DNA of 64,000 nucleotides from the IMG/VR virus record IMGVR_UViG_2910705042_000001. One strand, given 5' to 3'. This document shows positions 48,509 to 57,895 of this stretch, one piece after another; positions within the stretch are counted from its first letter, which is position 1; each line of letters starts with the position of its first letter. This DNA comes from a virus. The notes beneath the pieces were generated by a model, which saw only the letters and a program-made list of their open reading frames with translations, searched no databases and was not told the DNA's origin. The translations under genes and the position numbers were made by a program.

Positions 48509-48538
48509 ATTATAGGCAGACAAAATGGTGGACGACAA
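48509..48538 (-). promoter_or_regulatory. Sigma70/SigA-type promoter for the microprotein
   Basis: TTGTCG-N18-TATAAT on the minus strand. Confidence 0.6.
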
Positions 48539-48919
48539 GACCGTCTGTCCCGAGGAATGCTTTTCATCTACTGACGCTTGGAGCGCGCTGCAAGGCGGCT
48601 GCTTCGTTGTATTCTCATTCCCCATACTCATGACAACTCTGGTAGCGCGGACCATGCGGTCTTGCACCATCTGGTGTCCAAAAAACAGGGTAGGCCTAGT
48701 AGGGACCGTCTTGTTGAGCGGGACGCTTCTGTATGTGCCAAACGGCAGTCTTGTTGAGCGGGATCTTGCCGTGGCGGATCCTTGAAAAATGCAGCATCGC
48801 GACAGAAAGTGGCGGCCCAGCGATCTGGTTCAATCGCCAGAGCCGCCACAGTCAGGCCCTGCTGCGCATCAGTTCGATTACTCGTATGCGCAGAGGCTCA
48901 GCTAGTTATCTCTGCTTCC

Positions 48920-51900
48920 TTACCCTTTCGTGTGCGCCTCGATATCGGCAACGGCGTTGGTCAGTAAGCGCGCCATTGGCTGCTCTGCGGACCTCATCAT
49001 GCTGCTGGCACCCTCATCGAACAAGTAGGACGGATTATCCGCCAACTTGTTTATGATTCGCAGCTGGCCATTAGCAATCTGGAATACACCCCAATATAGT
49101 TCGTCGCCTCCCGCTGGCACGTTGTAGGTGCCCACTCGTTCGTTCCCCCGATAAAGGTCAACGCGTGCAGCTGAGTTTGCTAGCGTGCCCCCAGTGCTGC
49201 CCGAGAAGTTGTGCACAAAGAAGTTATATGTGCCGTCACTTGCAACGTCGAACGTGGTCGTTTCGGGCCCATAACTGCTTGTATCGTCCACATCGAGATT
49301 CGCGACTAGCTTTCCAGTCTCTGGATCGATCGCATTCTTGTCTCCAAAGTAGACGTGGTAGGAACCACTACTTGAGAAACCGGCTAGGTGGGAATCGAGG
49401 TCGGTCGGAGATTCCGCCCAGGTCAGGACGGCACGGTACTGCGTTGCCTCCAGTCGCGGGGACATTTGGATGTCCGCAGTGATCGCAGTCTTAGTTCCGG
49501 TGTCGATCTGGTCCTCGTAATCTATATATCCGTTCGCGGTGACGGATATGCCAATGTCCCCGCCGGTAACTGTCGCAGAGTATTCCCCTGCAGCATTTGC
49601 CGTGACGGCATGGTGTACGGATTTTCCATCGGTAATGCTAACGTTAGCGTTGGCAATTCTGTCGCCCGTCGTGGCATCGAAGACTGTACCCGACAAACGC
49701 ACCTGAATATTGCTGCTTCCGCCATTGTCTGAGCACTTGGGAACTGAAAATGGGTCTTTTACGGCTAGTTCGACTTTTGCCTCGATTCCGATCAGCGTCC
49801 ATTCAGCCCCAATCGTGAATCCAAGAACACGGATCTTGGCGTTGACTTTGAGATCGGCACCAAAGACGATCGCGTTGGTAGTCGACAAAACGCCGTTGCC
49901 ACCGCTGTCGACTTCGATCTTTCCCTCAGTTTCTCCCTTTATGGTCACGGCTACTTCAGGTCCCACGACACCGTATATTTTTACGTCGCCTGCGATTTCT
50001 GGACCGATGGAATCCTCGAAGGATGCTGCGGCCGCCATGGTTCCCCACCCGAAACACGAGTCTTTCGGTGATGCAGGCTCGATGCCGTATTCTTTGATCG
50101 GAGACCACTTCTTGTCCTGGTACTTGGCTCCGTATTCAAATCCAGCGATGATTTCATCCGAGTAGGAGATGTTCGCCTGAACGCGAGCAGCTCCTACGAG
50201 GCTCAACGTCGCACTGGGCAACAAGACGACCGGAACTGTGCCGACGCTAAACGTCACGGGTTTGGAATTTAACTTCGCCAGTTCTCTATCGATAGTCTTT
50301 TCGATTTCGGCTGATGCTGAGACGCTGTAACCCAGCTTTGCTTGTCCCTTGAAAGAAACCGAAAAATCGTCCAGGGTTGGCTTGGGAATGCCCCAGTCCC
50401 AGACAGTAGAAATACCCAGATCCATATAGGTACCCAAAGTTAACGTGACTGTCGCTTCCACCGACAAACCGCCTTCGGCCTTCAACTTTGCATCTTCAGC
50501 CTGTTTCGTTGCTTGTGTAGCCTTCGAAAGGTCTTTCGAATAGTCGGTCGTAAATGCAAGTTTTGCGCTGCCTTTAAGGACTCTCTCGCTGCTCAACGAC
50601 GCATCTGAGCCCCGGAAACTGCGCATGTCCAGCGATTCGGGCGGCTGACTACTCGTGCTTTCCACTGATGTTCCACTGTCATCGATCCACTGAATGCCGT
50701 CTGGATTGAGCTCTTGATCCACGAGATCTAGATTATTGACACCTTCGTCAACGACTTCGAAGTCATTGTCGGTTTGGGGTGCCTCGACCTGCACTCCGTC
50801 ACCCAAAACTGATTGTCCGTCCTGCACCTGGGCCTGCATAATCGCGTCCGTCAGAGCTGCCTGTTCAGTTCCGATCTCCCATCCAGACTCGGTGAATTGG
50901 ACAGACAAGACTCTCAACAACGCACCCTCGGGATGTGCATCTGACGCATCTGCTACCAACACATCACCTGGCTTTAGGTGTGGGTCATTCGTGAATATGA
51001 CTCGGCCATCACTGATAGTCGAAATGTCGTCCGCGTTGACCACCACGGTGTCCGGACTGATTACGACCTCGTCTGGACTTGGCAGTCGAACTTCGAGCGT
51101 CGCCTCTCCGTCCGCACTTGCTCCGTCACGCGTGTACACTTTGGCGCGGAACTCTACGATTCCGCTCTCAGGCGCACCTGTCTGCAGCTGCCACTCCGCA
51201 CCGCTGGGACCATATGTGATCGCAGCCGTCCCAATCAGCGCATCGTTTCCGAATACGTCAACCCGATCAATTGACGCGTCCGATGAGACCTCGCCATGAA
51301 GCTGAATTGTTCCTGTTTCTGCCAGATCGCCGGATTCGGGCAACTCGACGCTGATCTCAGCACTCCCTTGCTTGTCGATTCGCTCACCGACGACATCACC
51401 CAAGGATAAGACATTCACATTCGTTGAACCGCCACGAACCGAAACTTTCTGCGACTGTTCTCCCGTTCCTACAACTTGGATTTGTGGCAACGCACCTTGT
51501 GCAGAGTCGACCAGCATCCCTTGGCTGCGCCCATAAAGGTCGCGCCCCACCGACACGAAGGCCGAACTGGTTCCCGACGTCGTGGCAGAAGCTAAAACTA
51601 AGGACGCGACGCGGTCGGAGTACTCGCCAATTGCGAGAGTCGCGCTCTGATCTTCAGTAGCTTCACCGGAATTCCATTTCGCAGCTGTCGCTGGTACGAA
51701 GCCTCCTTCGACATTGGCTGCATCGGCTCCCTGGCCCGATCCAACGACCGAACCTCGAACATCCAAACGTAATGTCCCAGTCGTAGTGGAGCTGATCGGC
51801 ACCATTCCGTCCTGATCGACCGCCGTGACAGTCGTGACTTGGCTTCGACCTCCGGGCAACGTAAACGTCTGATCCCCAACGATAACTTGGCCGGCGGAGG

Positions 51901-52525
51901 TCAGGTTTACGTCAATCGTGGAGAATACGGCACGAACACCCTCACTGGGCACCCCACCAAGACCAATGACAGAAACCTCTTGAGCGTCTTCACTCAAGGC
52001 GGCGATTCCGAGGCCCGCATTTGTGTCCACGCGCGTCGCAACTTGGTCCAAGGCAACTATGGAACCTGGCGTTGCTGGGTCCGACTCAAACGATGCGAGC
52101 ACTTCGACGCGTGCGTTTGCCTCCGCGTCAGCATAGATAGGGGCATTGTTGCCTTCGACGGGGACTAAGACGGTGGTGGAAGCATCAGTGCCCTGGTCGA
52201 CTGACAAGGCCAGACCGCCCGCAACCATCACGTTCGTGTCTTTCTTGGCGTCGAATATGCTGATACGCAGCAGAGCCGCACCATCGTCGACATTAGGTAC
52301 CGCGACGCTGCCGCCGCCAACCGGCATTTGAGAAATAACGTTGCTCTCGACAGTGGGAAGCCGATCATACCGGTGGAAGCCGAGAGATTCGGCGGCGGCC
52401 CCAGTGGTGTGCGACTCATCGGATGCCGGAGTTGACACGGCTGCGAACGCTGGCACGCTTGTCATACCCAAAGTAAGCGCGCCAACTGAGAAGGCGGCGA
52501 GGCTTTTGACTATCCTATTCATCAT
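48920..52525 (-). CDS. Large secreted/surface protein (1201 aa) with carboxypeptidase-regulatory-like and YfaP/DUF2135-like C-terminal domains
   Basis: Signal peptide ending AFA; VLTW...TDLDSHL...LDVDDTSSYGPETTT; GTVFDATTG..IANA.V. Confidence 0.75.
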   Translation of the reverse strand: MMNRIVKSLAAFSVGALTLGMTSVPAFAAVSTPASDESHTTGAAAESLGFHRYDRLPTVESNVISQMPVGGGSVAVPNVDDGAALLRISIFDAKKDTNVMVAGGLALSVDQGTDASTTVLVPVEGNNAPIYADAEANARVEVLASFESDPATPGSIVALDQVATRVDTNAGLGIAALSEDAQEVSVIGLGGVPSEGVRAVFSTIDVNLTSAGQVIVGDQTFTLPGGRSQVTTVTAVDQDGMVPISSTTTGTLRLDVRGSVVGSGQGADAANVEGGFVPATAAKWNSGEATEDQSATLAIGEYSDRVASLVLASATTSGTSSAFVSVGRDLYGRSQGMLVDSAQGALPQIQVVGTGEQSQKVSVRGGSTNVNVLSLGDVVGERIDKQGSAEISVELPESGDLAETGTIQLHGEVSSDASIDRVDVFGNDALIGTAAITYGPSGAEWQLQTGAPESGIVEFRAKVYTRDGASADGEATLEVRLPSPDEVVISPDTVVVNADDISTISDGRVIFTNDPHLKPGDVLVADASDAHPEGALLRVLSVQFTESGWEIGTEQAALTDAIMQAQVQDGQSVLGDGVQVEAPQTDNDFEVVDEGVNNLDLVDQELNPDGIQWIDDSGTSVESTSSQPPESLDMRSFRGSDASLSSERVLKGSAKLAFTTDYSKDLSKATQATKQAEDAKLKAEGGLSVEATVTLTLGTYMDLGISTVWDWGIPKPTLDDFSVSFKGQAKLGYSVSASAEIEKTIDRELAKLNSKPVTFSVGTVPVVLLPSATLSLVGAARVQANISYSDEIIAGFEYGAKYQDKKWSPIKEYGIEPASPKDSCFGWGTMAAAASFEDSIGPEIAGDVKIYGVVGPEVAVTIKGETEGKIEVDSGGNGVLSTTNAIVFGADLKVNAKIRVLGFTIGAEWTLIGIEAKVELAVKDPFSVPKCSDNGGSSNIQVRLSGTVFDATTGDRIANANVSITDGKSVHHAVTANAAGEYSATVTGGDIGISVTANGYIDYEDQIDTGTKTAITADIQMSPRLEATQYRAVLTWAESPTDLDSHLAGFSSSGSYHVYFGDKNAIDPETGKLVANLDVDDTSSYGPETTTFDVASDGTYNFFVHNFSGSTGGTLANSAARVDLYRGNERVGTYNVPAGGDELYWGVFQIANGQLRIINKLADNPSYLFDEGASSMMRSAEQPMARLLTNAVADIEAHTKG

Positions 52526-53139
52526 TTTGACTCAGCCCCTGCACGTTGCGTACGAATGAAGGCCATTCCGACTCCAATCAATGCCAGGGCCAGGAGAACC
52601 ACAGCTCCGACGGTCACGCCAGTGTTGGCCAGGACTCCTGACTTGGACGTCGCGTCGGTCGAGGTACCAGGCTCTGCTGGTGAAGGATTGACTGTTGCAG
52701 GAGCATCAGGCGACGGCTCCACAGGGGTCACTTCGTCGGGCAAGAGGGTTACCAGGCTGTTGGTCTCCGCCAGTACGTTGCCCTTGCCATCCGCAAATGT
52801 CAGGGCGACGCGCGCATTGGCCTTCGTTGTGGTCTCGAGTTCCAGCGCTACTTTTGCAGAGCTGCTGGTAGTGGTTGCCGTCAGCCCGGCAGGCGACGCA
52901 ACAAATGAGAGGTCGATGGAGCCCTCCTGACCATGCAGACTTCCAGCGACCTCGTTTGGATTCAAGGTGCTGCCTTCTAAGTCCACCCAGATTGATTGAG
53001 TACCGGTCGGAACGTCAATCCAGGTGAGTTCCGAGGCAAATGCGCGTTGCGCTCCAAAGACTGATAGGAAGGCGAGGGCAAAACCCCAGGCGGCGAAAGC
53101 CACCAGGAGTCTGCGCCGCACACTACATCTCAAATTCAC
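52522..53139 (-). CDS. Sortase-anchored cell-wall protein (LANTG)
   Basis: Signal peptide; C-terminal LANTG + TM + basic tail; ATGA coupling to the next gene. Confidence 0.75.
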   Translation of the reverse strand: MNLRCSVRRRLLVAFAAWGFALAFLSVFGAQRAFASELTWIDVPTGTQSIWVDLEGSTLNPNEVAGSLHGQEGSIDLSFVASPAGLTATTTSSSAKVALELETTTKANARVALTFADGKGNVLAETNSLVTLLPDEVTPVEPSPDAPATVNPSPAEPGTSTDATSKSGVLANTGVTVGAVVLLALALIGVGMAFIRTQRAGAESK

Positions 53140-53405
53140 AGTTTTCCCTTAGCATTTTGAGTTGGACATCCGCGACCCTGCGTCATCACATTTGGTGAGA
53201 ACCCAAAACAATCTGAGTACGCGTTCATGGGCGACGCTCGCCACGCGCCGCCTCACTCACGCACAATTCTATCAACGGGAATAGCGGGCTCGTGAGACTT
53301 TCGGAGTACATGAACTAATACATACTTGTTCTTCACCCAAGCTTCGTAATCGTCGAAGTGCTAGGTCCATCCTCACGCTGCCACGGGTTACTCTGTCCTT
53401 TCGGA

Positions 53406-54284
53406 GGTACTGTTATCGAGGTTGGTGGCGGGGTCACGAAGGTCCGTGTGGGGGATCGGGTCAGTATTGAACCGGGCCGACCATGTGGCAGGTGCGAACG
53501 GTGCCGTGCGGGTGAATACAATGTGTGCCCTGACATGGCTTTTATGGCCACTCCTCCTTACGATGGGGCGTTCACGCATTCGATCGTGTGGCATGAGGAT
53601 TTCCTCCATGTCCTGCCCGATGGTTTGACGATGGAGCAGGGGGCGTTGTGTGAGCCGATGTCGGTTGGGTTGTGGGCTAACGAACGCGCGAGTGTAGGGA
53701 TCGACGACGATGTGCTTGTCAGTGGCGGTGGCCCTGTGGGATTGCTGGCTGCTGAGGTGGCGCGTGCTCGGGGAGCTCGCCGAGTTGTGGTACGTGATAT
53801 TGATCCGGCCAGGCTTGCCCTCGCACAGTCTCATGGTCACCAGATAGAGGTAGCCCACCCGGGCGATGAGCCCGAATCGATGAAGGGTGAGGATGGAGCC
53901 GAGTTCTCCGTCTTGCTGGAATGCTCGGGCGCCCGCGGTGCGATGGCTGGATGTTTGGCACGGTTGCGCTCGCGTGGGTGTGCGGTGATGATCGGTCTGC
54001 CTGTTGATGATCCGCAGCTGCCGTTGGCGAGGTTGCATCACCGGGAGCTGACGGTGATGAATATCTTCCGTTATGTGAACACTTGGCCTACTGCGATTCG
54101 TTTGATGAGTGAGGGGAAGGTGGATGTTTCTGGGATCTTCACTCATCATTTCGGGTTGCAGCAAACCGAGCAGGCACTACTAGCGGCCTCGCAGATTGGT
54201 GGGTGTTTCAAGGCGATCGTCTACCCACAGATCGACCAGATTGAGGATCCGGGTGCTGCCTTCAGTATCGGTGAGGTGCATTGA
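53406..54284 (+). pseudogene. 5'-truncated Zn-dependent sorbitol/L-iditol-type dehydrogenase
   Basis: Homology starts at GTVIEVG...GDRVSIEPG.PC..C..C......C; the N-terminal catalytic Cys and GHE motif are absent. Confidence 0.7.
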
Positions 54285-55330
54285 CGATGGACCTACTCCC
54301 GATGGGCGGCATGATGCATGCCGTGACGATGGCCCCCGATGGCACTATCGCATACGGCGAGCGTCCGATCCCACACGCTGGTGCGGGGAAGGTGCTCATC
54401 CGTGTAGCTGCCGTTGGTATCTGCGGTACGGACTTGCATCTTCGGGCAGGGGATCATGTGTCCCGGGATCATCCGATTGTTCCTGGTCATGAGTTTGCCG
54501 GCACTATTGTGGCAACCGGTGAGGGTGTGGATCTGAGGGTCGGAACCCCGGTGGCGGTGGACCCCAATATTCCCTGCCGGAAGTGTGCCCAATGTCAGCG
54601 TGGTAGGTCTAACCTGTGTGAGAATTATGCGGCGGTGGGTGTGACGATGGATGGCGCTGCAGCGCAATTCGTGGCGGTCCCCGAGTTCTGTTGTGTGCGC
54701 CTGCCAGAAACCATGCGTGATCCGGCGAAACTTGCTAACGCTGCGCTGATCGAGCCAATATCGTGTGCGGTCCACGGGATTGACACGCTCCAACCGTCGG
54801 TGGGGGATAGGGCCTTGATCTATGGTGCGGGAACGATGGGCCTGATCATGACGATGCTGCTAGCGGCGAGCGGAGTATGCGAGCTCACGGTGGTTGATCC
54901 GAACACGAGCCGGCTCGACGGCGCCCGCCAGGCCGGTGCAACCGTTGCTGTCTCATCTCTCGCTGATCTTAGAAAGCACAGTAGCGGAGCGCCTGCATTG
55001 TGGGATCTTGTGGTGGATTGCAGTGGTGTGCCCGCAGCGATCTCGGAGGGTATCGATCAGGTTATCCCTGGGGGGACGTTCCTCCAGTTCGGGGTGAGCC
55101 CCACGTCTGCGGTAATCGAGGTATCGCCCTACCGGATCTATCGAGATGAGATCCGGATAGTTGGCTCCATGGCGGTTCATCATTCCTTCGCGCGGGCAGC
55201 ACAGGTCCTTGCCACCGGGCTGGTAGACCCGGACCTGATCGTTTCGGACCGGATCCCGCTGAGCGAATACGAGTATGCGATCAATCTCTTCGCACAAGGA
55301 AAAACGAAGAAAGTCCTAGTGATCCCATAA
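54281..55330 (+). CDS. Zn-dependent alcohol/polyol dehydrogenase (MDR family)
   Basis: GICGTD, GHEFAG, C..C..C.......C, GAGTMG. Confidence 0.9.
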   Translation: MTMDLLPMGGMMHAVTMAPDGTIAYGERPIPHAGAGKVLIRVAAVGICGTDLHLRAGDHVSRDHPIVPGHEFAGTIVATGEGVDLRVGTPVAVDPNIPCRKCAQCQRGRSNLCENYAAVGVTMDGAAAQFVAVPEFCCVRLPETMRDPAKLANAALIEPISCAVHGIDTLQPSVGDRALIYGAGTMGLIMTMLLAASGVCELTVVDPNTSRLDGARQAGATVAVSSLADLRKHSSGAPALWDLVVDCSGVPAAISEGIDQVIPGGTFLQFGVSPTSAVIEVSPYRIYRDEIRIVGSMAVHHSFARAAQVLATGLVDPDLIVSDRIPLSEYEYAINLFAQGKTKKVLVIP

Positions 55331-55447
55331 GAAGACGTAAGCGTTGAGGGTATGTGTAGATACTCCACACGCTGGTCGAGAGGGACTGCTGCATGGTTGG
55401 GTGACGTTTGACTTGGCTAGTTTTTGCTGGCCTGGGAGGATGTTGTT

Positions 55448-55753
55448 ATGCCTACTGCGTATCCAAAAGAGTTCCGTGAGGATGTCCTGCGGGTGGTTGC
55501 TGCCCGCGAGCCTGGGGTGACGATCAAAATGATCGCGAAGGATTTCGGGATTCACGTGGGGACACTAGATAAGTGGCTCCGTGAGGAGAGAGTCGAATCT
55601 GGAGAGAAACCAGGTGTGACTAAAGCCGAGTCCCAAGAGCTTCGAGAACTGCGTAAACGTAACCGTTTGCTTGAACAAGAAAATGAGGTTCTGCGCCGGG
55701 CCGCGGCCTACTTGAGTCAGGCTAATCTACCGGGAAAAGGATCTACCCGCTAG
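55448..55753 (+). CDS. IS3 transposase OrfA
   Basis: YPKEFREDV...IAKDFGIHVGTL. Confidence 0.9.
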   Translation: MPTAYPKEFREDVLRVVAAREPGVTIKMIAKDFGIHVGTLDKWLREERVESGEKPGVTKAESQELRELRKRNRLLEQENEVLRRAAAYLSQANLPGKGSTR

Positions 55754-56640
55754 TGAGTGAGCTCGCCGATGATGGTATTCGCGTCGCGGTGTCCTTGCGG
55801 GTCTTGAAGCTTTCTAGGGCGCCGTATTATCGCTGGTTGAAGAACCCAGTGAGCTCGACTGAATTGGAAGAGGCCTACCGGGCTAACCTGCTCTTTGATG
55901 CTCACCGGGATGATCCCCAGTTCGGTCACCGTCTCCTGGCTGACGAAGCCAGAGACGCTGGCCAGAGCATGTGTGATCGCACTGCGTGGAAGATCTGCTC
56001 CGGCAATGGGTGGTGGTCTTCTTTTGGGAAGAAGAAAGGGAAGAACGGGAAGAAGCCGGGCCCACCCGTCCATGATGACCTGTGTGCCTATGAGGACAAG
56101 CACGGCGTCACCCGGCATCGCTTCACAGCTAACAGCACTAATGAGCTGTGGTTGACCGACATTTCGGAGCACTGGACGAGGGAAGGCAAGCTCTACTTGT
56201 GTGCCGTCAAAGACGCTTACTCGGGGCGGATCGTGGGGTACTCCATCGACTCGCGGATGAAAGCCAGCCTCGCAGTGAACGCCGTAGAAAACGCCGTGCA
56301 GTGCCGGGGAAACGTGCGCGGCTGCACGGTGCATTCCGATCGTGGATCCCAATTCCGCTCCCGTGAATTCCTGGATGCTCTGACTTCTCACGCTCTGATC
56401 GGGAGCATGGGTAGGGTTGCTGCTGCCGGGGATAACGCGGCCATGGAAAGTTTCTTCGCTCTGCTCCAAAAGAACGTACTTGACCAGCAGATTTGGGATA
56501 GTCGTGAGGAACTACGCATGGCGATCGTGTGGTGGATAGAGAGGACCTACCACCGCCGACGCAGACAAGCCCGCCTCGGCAAGTTGACACCCATCCACTT
56601 TGAAACCATGATGAACAAACAGGCCGCACAAGCAGCCTGA
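55753..56640 (+). CDS. IS3 transposase OrfB (DDE)
   Basis: As in copy 1. Confidence 0.9.
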   Translation: MSELADDGIRVAVSLRVLKLSRAPYYRWLKNPVSSTELEEAYRANLLFDAHRDDPQFGHRLLADEARDAGQSMCDRTAWKICSGNGWWSSFGKKKGKNGKKPGPPVHDDLCAYEDKHGVTRHRFTANSTNELWLTDISEHWTREGKLYLCAVKDAYSGRIVGYSIDSRMKASLAVNAVENAVQCRGNVRGCTVHSDRGSQFRSREFLDALTSHALIGSMGRVAAAGDNAAMESFFALLQKNVLDQQIWDSREELRMAIVWWIERTYHRRRRQARLGKLTPIHFETMMNKQAAQAA

Positions 56641-56652
56641 CCAACCTGTCAC

Positions 56653-57792
56653 CTAAACGTGCAGCAGTCCCAACAGTTCAATCATCGTGTCACGCAGGAG
56701 TGTCTCCAAACAGAGGTTGTAGAGCTCAGCTTGGGTGGCAAGTTCTCGAGCAACATCCATGAACATGCCCTGAATCCGCGTCAAGGTCTCGACAGGCTCC
56801 GACTCGGTGAGGGCTTCCTGGAATGCGGCATCAATTTCTGTGAAGAGTTTGCCGCCGTGGGGCAGTCCGCTGTAGGCGGTGAAGTTCTCGCGTGTGAAGG
56901 AGGTGTAGTCGCGTCCATCTTGGAGATCCTCGCCCATGAGCGACTTGGCTTGCTCTAGCCAGACGGACAAGTCAGAGAGGGTGCTCATGTGCGCCGTGTC
57001 GATGATGGTGTCCATAAACAAGGTTCCATCCACTTCGCCACCGATAGCGGATTGGTCGATGAGACGATAGAAGCGGTTCATCGCCCAGTTTGGGTCCCGA
57101 TCCCCAGCCAGCAGGTATGTGTCTAGGTTGAGAGAGTCGAGAGCCTCGTCGGGCATACCGACAAGCCATGCCCGCATACGTTCGACTCCGTCGCGGCTTT
57201 GAGTATCCACCCCAACAAGGTAGGGGACATCCAACCATGTGCCTTCGGCTTGGTTGTAGATGGGCAGGAGGGTACCGGTGTCGCGTCCATCGGCGGGCCG
57301 CAGGATGTATGTGGCGGACGGGTCGTAGATGGCGTCCGGGACGATGTCTGCCCCAGTCTCATCCTTGTCATAAGGATGGATGGGGACGCCCGCGTAATCC
57401 TCCAAACGGACCCACCACTTGTGGGCGAACAGGAAGGGGGCGGAGTTGGCGAGCTCGTAGCACACGCGGACCCCGTACTCTTCGGCGCTCTCACGTTGGG
57501 ATGTCTCTGTGGTGGGGTTCTCCACGGACACAGGTGCGGCAAGACGGTCGGGGAGCCACATGAGCGGATGCCACATGGCCTCCGGCTTGACCGGCCATGC
57601 TCTCCGGTTCTCGGTCGGCGAGTAGATCGGGATGGGAACAAAGAATGCGGGACTAACGACTATCTGGCTGTGGGGGATACCCGTCTCTTGGGTGAACCGG
57701 CTCGAACGCAGGAGCGTGTCTTCGAGGCTAGTAACGGCGATCGGGTTGGTGGCGGGTTCAATTCCGAGGAAGCTCCGGTAACGGATAGGCAT
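56653..57792 (-). CDS. Hypothetical protein, C-terminus replaced by IS-derived GLLHV
   Basis: RBS AGGAGA plus ATG 57792; the last codons come from the IS right IR. Confidence 0.75.
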   Translation of the reverse strand: MPIRYRSFLGIEPATNPIAVTSLEDTLLRSSRFTQETGIPHSQIVVSPAFFVPIPIYSPTENRRAWPVKPEAMWHPLMWLPDRLAAPVSVENPTTETSQRESAEEYGVRVCYELANSAPFLFAHKWWVRLEDYAGVPIHPYDKDETGADIVPDAIYDPSATYILRPADGRDTGTLLPIYNQAEGTWLDVPYLVGVDTQSRDGVERMRAWLVGMPDEALDSLNLDTYLLAGDRDPNWAMNRFYRLIDQSAIGGEVDGTLFMDTIIDTAHMSTLSDLSVWLEQAKSLMGEDLQDGRDYTSFTRENFTAYSGLPHGGKLFTEIDAAFQEALTESEPVETLTRIQGMFMDVARELATQAELYNLCLETLLRDTMIELLGLLHV

Positions 57793-57895
57793 ATCTCTCC
57801 TTTGTGTCTTCACATGCCTGGCTACTTACCTCGTGTGCGGAAAAGGTCGCAGGTCTGGGTGGTGGCGGGGCGCGCGTCCCGCACACTAGGGAGGC

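Larger units (their letters stand above)
46833..56671 (+). mobile_element. Composite transposon bounded by two direct IS3-family copies
   Basis: AAC direct repeat at 46830-46832 and 56672-56674; the inner IS flanks (TCA, AGA) do not match; interrupts a gene. Confidence 0.85.
55382..56671 (+). mobile_element. IS3-family element, copy 2 (1290 bp)
   Basis: Same IRs as copy 1; the 3' part of orfB appears identical. Confidence 0.92.

Noticed and set aside
53330-53400. IS30 remnant suggested by PWQR on the minus strand
   Set aside because: A four-residue match only; the flanking residues do not fit.
53116-54770. CCGCACAC copies at 53116 and 54763 (also 18329)
   Set aside because: Antisense within coding regions and not near starts; treated as chance background.
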